Shown here piece by piece: positions 57,058-64,000 of a DNA stretch of 64,000 nt. Position numbers and translations under genes: made by a program. The stretch comes from Heteronotia binoei (lineage: Eukaryota). Numbering within the stretch: the first letter of the stretch is position 1; the number at the start of each line of letters is the position of its first letter. The stretch spans positions 12,772,001-12,836,000 of the forward strand of contig NC_083229.1 of NCBI RefSeq assembly GCF_032191835.1, given 5' to 3'. The notes under the pieces were generated by a model that worked only from the letters and a program-made list of their open reading frames with translations, was not told the DNA's origin and searched no databases.

Positions 57058-60000
57058 AGTACGGAAGTGAATGCATTTAGGAAGGGTTAGACTTCATTTT
57101 GCATAGAATGAGGACTATTCCTGTTTACTTAAACCAATTTCACACTATGCTTGTTCCAGGATGGAGAGCCCTTTTGCTACTGGGACTTCTCTCCGTTTTC
57201 GCACAAATTGCCCCGGAGCTGCGAGTTGGCATGCTGCTATTCTGCAGCAAGCGGATACGCTGATAAATGTATTCCACTTGCTGCAGAATAGAGGCACACC
57301 AACTTGCAGCTCCAGAGCCAGTTTAGTGTAGTGGTTAAGTGTGCGGACTCTTATCTGGGAAAGCCGTGTTTGATTCCCCACTCCTCCACTTGCACCTGCT
57401 GGAATGGCCCTGGGTCAACCATAGCTGTCATAGACCTTCTTCCCCTGTAGTGGTTAAGTGTGCAGAGTCTTATCTGGGAGAACCGGGTTTGATTCCCCAC
57501 TCCTCCACTTGCACCTGCTGGAATGGCCCTGGGTCAACCATAGCTCTCATAGACCTTCTTCCCCTGTAGTGGTTAAGTGTGCAGAGTCTTATCTGGGAGA
57601 ACCGGGTTTGATTCCCCACTCCTCCACTTCCAGCTGCTGGAATGGCCTTGGATCAGCCATAGCTCTCATAGACCTTCTTCCCCTGTAGTGGTTAAGAGTG
57701 CAGACTCTTATCTGGGAGAACCGGGTTTGATTCCCCACTCCTCCATTTGCACCGGCTGAAATTGCCTTCGGTCAGCCATAGCTCTGGCAGAGATTGTCCT
57801 TGAAAGGACAGCTGCTGTGATAGCCCTCTCAGCCCCACCCACCTCACAGGGTGTCTGTTGTGGGGGAGGAAGATAAAGGAGATTGTGAGCCACTCTGAGA
57901 CTCTGAGTGAAGGGCGGAATATAAATCCAATGTCATCTTCTTCTTCTTCTTCCAGAGCAATTTGTGCAACAACAGAGAGAAGCCCCGGTACCAAAAGGGC
58001 TCTCCATCCTGGAACAAGCATAGTGTGAAATTGGTTTAAGTAAACAGGAATAGTCCTCATTCTATGCAAAATGAAGTCTAACCCATCTAAAATGAAGTCT
58101 AACCCAAGCATAGTGCAAAACTGGTCCCAGGTTTACGTTAAACGCAAGGACTGAACAGTATATTTTAACTTAGGAAGAAAAGGTCGAAGAAAAAAGATGG
58201 GAAAGCAGAATTGATAACAAAGAAAAAGCTTCCAGCTTCTACCTTTTCCCAGTCCAAACCCCGTCTCAAAATAGATGAAAAGAAACTTCAGACATTCTAT
58301 TCAGAATTTAGAAAAAATTTAATGATCACTTTTTTGATTTTAAAGGAATTTGTCCATCCAATGCTGATCATCCAACCCCAACTAGAGAACAACTAAGAGA
58401 GACTTGGGAAAGAAACTTCAGATATTCCCTTCAGAATTTTGAGATCTTGGTCTTGATCACTTTTTTGATTTTAAAGGAATTTGTCCATCCAGTGCTGATT
58501 ACCCACCCCCAGCTAGAGAACGACCAAGAGATACTTGACTTGATTCAACAGGGTGGGGCACAGAGTCTACATCCAAATGCACTGACCAGATACCCAGGAA
58601 GGAGCATCCATTAAAAATAGGAAATTCTGCAGTTCTCCCAAGATGTTCTTGAAAGCCTTTATGAGGGGAGGAAATTGCATCTAAGATCTTATGTCTCAAG
58701 GGAAAGTTGCTTTTTGCATTGGTAAACAGTGCAAAGGTATTTTCAAGCGATTGTCTGGGAGTCTAATGTAGCTTGAGAATGGAGATCTTGGGAGTTCCAT
58801 TTTTCTTTCTGTGCTCTAAAATGGATGATTTGTGGCATATTAATCTGATGTTCTTAACCCAAAGTTTTAAATCTATTGGCGCTGAACAGCTATGAGCACA
58901 GATCCTAAGTTCCTCGTGAACGCACGGCATCATCTCTTTTACCTTTTAAAGTGCCCAACTCCTGTTCAGTGACGATAGATTAAGGGTTGGAACTTATTTT
59001 GGGCCCCATAGCCCGAGAGGTGATTTGCGTGATCAAAGCTGAAAACTCCGTTCTTTTCTTTGACCTTATTGACCCCAGGTGAATCTACTCGGTTAAGACA
59101 ACAGTATACCCTTTCCTAGAACAAAGTTTGAGTCCAACAAAGTTTTATTCAAGGTTCCAAAAGAAGTCATGCACAACTCACACATGGTCAATCAATTATT
59201 TTGCACAGGCAATGCATCAGTGGAAAATACAGACAAAAAGATAACAAACATTTAAAAAAAATGATCAACCAATTCAGCAAGGAGCGGCAATAACAGGGAT
59301 GTTAGCTAAGCTGTAAATGTTAGATATCAATGATGGAGCCTGTCAATAGCCAGGGCATATATGCTTAGTTCCTTTGCAAAATAAAATTGTACACATCCAA
59401 TATAGATTGGTGATGATTTTGCATCCCTGGTGGTACAGTGCAGAAATGTAGATAAAAGGAATTCTATAAAGGTTTATGAAGAAGAAAAGGAGGAGGAGTT
59501 TTTATACCCTGCCCTCCACTACCTGAAGAAGAATTAGTTTTATACCCTGCCCTTCACTACCTGAGAGAGTTTCAAAGCAGCTTCTCAGAGCAGTTACAAT
59601 TACCTCCCCTTCCTCTCCCCACAATCGGCACCTTGTTGAGTAGGTGGGGGTGAATTAGCTCTGAGAGAACTGTGACTGACCCAAAGTCACCCAGCTGCCT
59701 TCATGTGGAAGAGGAGTGGGGAATCAAACCTGGTTCTCCAGATTAGAGTGCTGCCACTCTTAACCACTACACCAAACTGGTTCTCTTTAGGACTGGTCCT
59801 ACATGCAGCTCTAGCCACAAAAGACGTGTAAGAGTTTGCCCATTATTTTTTTGTACTGTAGCAGTTGAATCTGTGGTCACCTGTTTTCCTCAGTGGGACT
59901 GTAAGCTTCTAGAAGCAGACTTCAGTGGTGAGGCTCAAGTCTGACATCTCAGCCTCTAGCTATTTTTAAAAAGAGTTTCATCTCAAAAAGCACCTTAGGG

Positions 60001-60406
60001 AACAGAACTTTTCTACATGGCCGCAGGAGGATTGCTTGTTTCAAGAATTGATTGTTAACCACCCTGAGACCGCTTGCAGAGAGGGTGGGGTATAAATTAA
60101 AGGTAATAATAATAACTCAGAGAGAGGAATACATTTTGGTTTCATGTGTTTATGGAAGAGAAAAAGGATTGCCAAAGAGCCCTTGTGTAGTTGGAACCCT
60201 TTTCCTTCTGGTTGCAGTGGTATGTGTCTTCTTCAAAGGATGTCAGGCACCGTCCAGAGAAGGAGATTTCATTTTAAAAAGATGTTGCAACAGCATGTGT
60301 CCTAACCATACTGTTTTTGTGTTTTTTTTTTAAATGCATGTTACAATTGAAAACCAGAGTGGACTTTGCCTGTCAAAGGAAGAAGCATTTGACTCTTGGA
60401 ATGGCA

Positions 60407-61438
60407 TCATAACTGGGTTTCAGCTGGGGTTTCCTCAGTACAGCTTTTTTCCTCCTTGAAAACCTTCTGGAGGATCACCCTCATGCTCTCCCTGTGTCTA
60501 GACTTCCATGGTCTCCCAACCAGGAAATAAATGAATGGGTTGACGCTGCTATTTAAACAGTCTAATAGAGCTGGAACAGTTGACATATATTCTGGTAAAT
60601 AATCAAAATGAGCGAGGATGAAAATGACATTTGCTGGAAAAGCAAAGAGGAGGAAGAAGAGAAGAGTGAGCAAGACAATGGTCAAAAGCCTTCCCCTTCG
60701 ACGCTGTTGTTCTTTCAACCACACTTTGATGAATAGGGACACAGTGGCAATTGTCATGACCGGGAGGCAAAGCACAGCATTCACAATAAACTGGTAGAAG
60801 TTTTCAATTGGTTGTTCGTTTGTATTAAAAAATACGAGAGTGATGGTAATTGCAGTAAGCAAGACAGAGAGGACCCATATGAGCGCACAGACAATGGTGG
60901 ACATACGCGGGGGCCGCTTGCATTGATGCCAGAGTGGGAAGAAGACGGCCACACACCTGTCAATGCTGATGGCCGTCAGGAGAAATTGACTAGCACCGTT
61001 CATTAATATGGCCAGAAGAAAGAATGACAGAGAAGTTTTATCAAAGCCAAAATAAAATAGAAAGCTCAAGCAAGGAAGCAGAACTGAAAGCGACAGGAGG
61101 AACCCGAAATCAGCGACAGCCAAGTTCAGGATGTAGGTCATGAAAGGATTCCTCTTAATGCGGAAGCCGAGAAGCCAGATGACAATTCCATTCCCCACTG
61201 CTCCAAAAATGGAGATGACAAATACAATGATATTAATAACTTTTGCAATATGGATTTCAAAAAAACGTTTTCTTCCATTGTCAATGAAGCTATGAGATGA
61301 AATACCTTCTGAAATATTATATTTTTCACTGACACTTGGGAAAAAAGAGTAAGTATAATTAGAGTTATTAAAATTTTCCAGGACTGCATCCATCATGAAA
61401 AGAGTTGCCATGGAGGTTGGTTGTGATGCTTGGTGCAT
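60407..61438 (-). CDS. MAS-related GPCR G6 (C type), 343 aa from the first ATG
   Basis: Family motifs intact. The ORF-track start at 61450 is a TTG; the first ATG is at 61438. Confidence 0.95.
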   Translation of the reverse strand: MHQASQPTSMATLFMMDAVLENFNNSNYTYSFFPSVSEKYNISEGISSHSFIDNGRKRFFEIHIAKVINIIVFVISIFGAVGNGIVIWLLGFRIKRNPFMTYILNLAVADFGFLLSLSVLLPCLSFLFYFGFDKTSLSFFLLAILMNGASQFLLTAISIDRCVAVFFPLWHQCKRPPRMSTIVCALIWVLSVLLTAITITLVFFNTNEQPIENFYQFIVNAVLCLPVMTIATVSLFIKVWLKEQQRRRGRLLTIVLLTLLFFLLFAFPANVIFILAHFDYLPEYMSTVPALLDCLNSSVNPFIYFLVGRPWKSRHRESMRVILQKVFKEEKSCTEETPAETQL

Positions 61439-61989
61439 TCTTGTTTTCAATGCTTGCCTTTACACTTCGCCTAGGAGAAAGGAAAGGGAGGGGATTCAGA
61501 TCTTGTTTTGTGACTAAACAGCTGAGGTTTTCAGCGTGACTTCATTCTATTTGACAATGAGTTACTAGTGAGGTTAATTTCATAGAATCAAAGACCGATC
61601 TCGCACTCACCGGAAGCCGCTCTCACGTCCGTCTTCTCAGCGCGGCTTCCTTCCGATTTCCCACGATCTGCCCCGGGGCTGCAGCAAGGATCGGCGTTTT
61701 CGCACAGCAAAGAGAAACCGCTAAAAACCAGTTTCTCTTTGCTGCACAAAAACTCCGACGCTTGTTGCAGCCCCGGGGCAGATAGTGGGAAGGAAGCCGC
61801 GCTGAGAAGACAAACGTGAGAGCGGCTTCCGGTGAGTGCGAAATCGGTCCTGGAGTTGAAAGGGGCCCTACAAGCCGTGCAGTCCAATCAATGCAGAATC
61901 TGCCTAAAGCATCCCAGACAAGGGTTCATTCAGCTGCTGCTCGATGGCTGCCCATGAGGGGAGCCCACCACCACCCTATGCAGCACAGG

Positions 61990-62621
61990 GGAGTGCCTGT
62001 GAAAGCAGCCCAGAACCTCTGTTGGTAGCACAATCTTGTTAGAGGTCGTTTGCATAGGAAAGGTAAACTTGAACCTTTGGTTGCTCTGTCTCTTTGAAGA
62101 AGTTGGAAGTTCAGCAACTCAAGAGTAGAGATGCCCATCCCCAGGTGGGAGGGGGCCCTTCCCTGCTTCAGAGTCATCAGAAATGGGGGGGGGGGAGGGA
62201 AATGAATGCCGGGCACTTCATTATTCCCTATGGAGATCGATTCCCATTGGGTTTAATAGAGAATTGATCGGGGCTCTGGAGGAGTTGTTTTATGAGGTAG
62301 ATACACCAAATTTTCAGCATTGCATCTGATGACTCTTCTCAAAAAGCTCCACACGTTTCAAAACGATTGGACTAGGGGGTCTAATTCTAAGAGTCCCAAA
62401 AGAAGTACCCCTATACTTCAGTATTTCTAATGTAGGGAAGGCATTTAAAAGGTATGTGGTTCATTTAAATGTGATGACCAGAATTCCCTTTGGAGTTCAA
62501 GTGTGCTTGTCACAACTTTGCTTATGGCCCCACCCCCATGTCTCCTGGCTCCACCCCTTAAGTCTCCTGGCTCCACCCCCAAAGTCCCCAGATATTTCTT
62601 GAATTGGACTTGGCAACCCTA
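61990..62621. mobile_element. Non-autonomous hAT element, left end deleted
   Basis: Ends ggacttggcaacccta followed by tgctaaca. Confidence 0.78.
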
Positions 62622-63425
62622 TGCTAACAGGAACAGCTCTCTGCTCTCCTCTAAGAAACAGCCTTTCGAATATTGAACGAGACCAATCCTATCCTCCGTC
62701 AACCACCTCTTCTCCAGACTGAACATCGCCAAATCCCTCAGCCTTTCCTTCAAGGGCTTGGACTCCAGGCCCCTGATTGTCCTTGTCACTCTCTTCTGCA
62801 CTTGCTCCATTCTGTCCATGTCGTTTTTGAAGTTAGACCCAGGGTTGGATTAACAGGCCAAGGAGGCACTTGCCTATGGGCCCCCCCACGCCTTTAGGGG
62901 CCACAAGCCAGCTTTCCCCCTGTTCCCCCCCCTACTTTTAGCCATCTGAGCCTGAATGTGCAGCCAGCATCTGGAGCCACTCTTTGCCTAACTTGTCTGG
63001 TGAGGCTGCTGCTGGCGTTGTGGCCAAGTTTGCCTCTCTCTGCCTCTCCCCCGCAGCTTTGTCAAAGAGGCTTTTGAGAAGGTGCCTGCAGGCTGCAGGG
63101 GGAGGGGCCGTGGAGGGGGCAAGTGCTCAGACTCTGAGATAATTTGCAACACCCCCCCCCCCAAGATTTTGACTGCTTACGAGTCGCCACAGGATTTAAT
63201 CTGGAACTGATTAGGCCTCCAGAACTGCACACAGTACTCTGGCTAGTATGAATTTAATTTGAATCAAAGGGCATCATTCTTCACCTTGAATATGCACAAC
63301 AAGGTTATAGGATGGGGGAGACTTGTCTTAGCAGTGGTATGTGCGAAATGGATCTAGAGATCTTAGTGGATCATACGCTGAACATGAGTCAACAGTGTGA
63401 TGCGGTGGCTAAAAAGGCAAATGCC
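62622..63425. mobile_element. CR1 fragments (minus strand 62622-~63240, plus strand ~63241-63425) with a nested hAT-like element at ~62840-63210
   Basis: ORF 62619..62819 EQVQKRVTRTIRGLE...FSLEKR; gaacatgagtcaacagtgtgatgcggtggctaaaaaggcaaatgcc. Confidence 0.7.
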
Positions 63426-64000
63426 TGGAAAACATGCAAGAGTCACTGTAGTCAGCTGCACTTTCCATCTCTGTAAGTTAAAGTGAACATCTATCTATGT
63501 AGATATCCAGTACTCTGGACAGAGTCTACCTCCCTAGTTTCCTTTCTCTGTGGCTGAATAAATTCTCATAATTGCTCACTCACCTCTTCCCCTTTTCAGA
63601 AGCTTGGTCACTATGATTTTATCCTTCCCTCTTGCTTGCTGTCCCCGCAATCAAGGCTTCAGGACCTGCTTAAAGGGAAGAGTCCAGAGGTCACATCAAA
63701 CACAAATAAACACAAATATTGGCATCTGACTATAGGTCACATCAAACACAAATAAACACAAATATTGGCATCTGAACTCACAATGCACATACAAAACATA
63801 AATGTTTCAAGCAGAGGCACGTGACAAAAGGAGTGGAAAAGGAGAAGCAGAGTACAGACAACAGAAAGAAGCAAGGGAGGAAGAGGAGCAGATAAATCTA
63901 GAAATGGTAGGGCTTTGTTTTGGTTACTATAAGGACTTACGGGTTGAAGCTGAGGAACTTATAGGAAGTGAGAGCCAGTTTGGTGTAGTTGTTAAGGGTG

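Larger units (their letters stand above)
21450..59810. repeat. Higher-order segmental duplication: two copies of an (A unit + B unit) block, period ~19.1-19.35 kb
   Basis: Matching ORFs recur at offsets 19081, 19349 and 19280/19281; G2 and G4 proteins are identical; G3 and G5 differ at one residue. Confidence 0.95.

Noticed and set aside
14111-61438. Assigning MAS1, MRGPRD, MRGPRH or MRGPRX symbols
   Set aside because: Family membership is clear, but orthology needs a phylogeny; lineage-specific expansion makes one-to-one names unsafe.
61439-61450. MKTR N-terminal extension of G6
   Set aside because: Starts at TTG; the first ATG is at 61438.

Overview
Vertebrate genomic DNA, most likely a squamate reptile and probably a gecko (inferred from Squam3/Squam2/Sauria-type SINEs, CR1 LINEs and hAT MITEs). 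Bases 1-14 kb are transposon-derived intergenic sequence. Bases 14-64 kb are a tandem array of six minus-strand MAS-related GPCR (MRGPR/MAS1-like) genes, each with one coding exon: G1 14111-15148 (divergent), G2 22038-23051, G3 30360-31322, G4 41119-42132, G5 49640-50602, G6 60407-61438. G2-G5 form a ~19.1-19.35 kb higher-order repeat of an A unit (~8.3-8.5 kb) plus a B unit (~10.8 kb, carrying a 3 kb CR1), present twice and near-identical. The most notable observation is a T7/T8 homopolymer switch. In both B-type genes (G3, G5) it moves the receptor from its normal MMDAV start frame onto an AUG 4 nt downstream, which encodes a signal-peptide-like N-terminus. Other observations include loss of the family-conserved Tyr3.36 in the amplified clade, a candidate 5' exon next to a decayed Gypsy remnant, and several TE-marked rearrangement scars. 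Coordinates were read by eye; TE family names come from motif recognition, not database searches.
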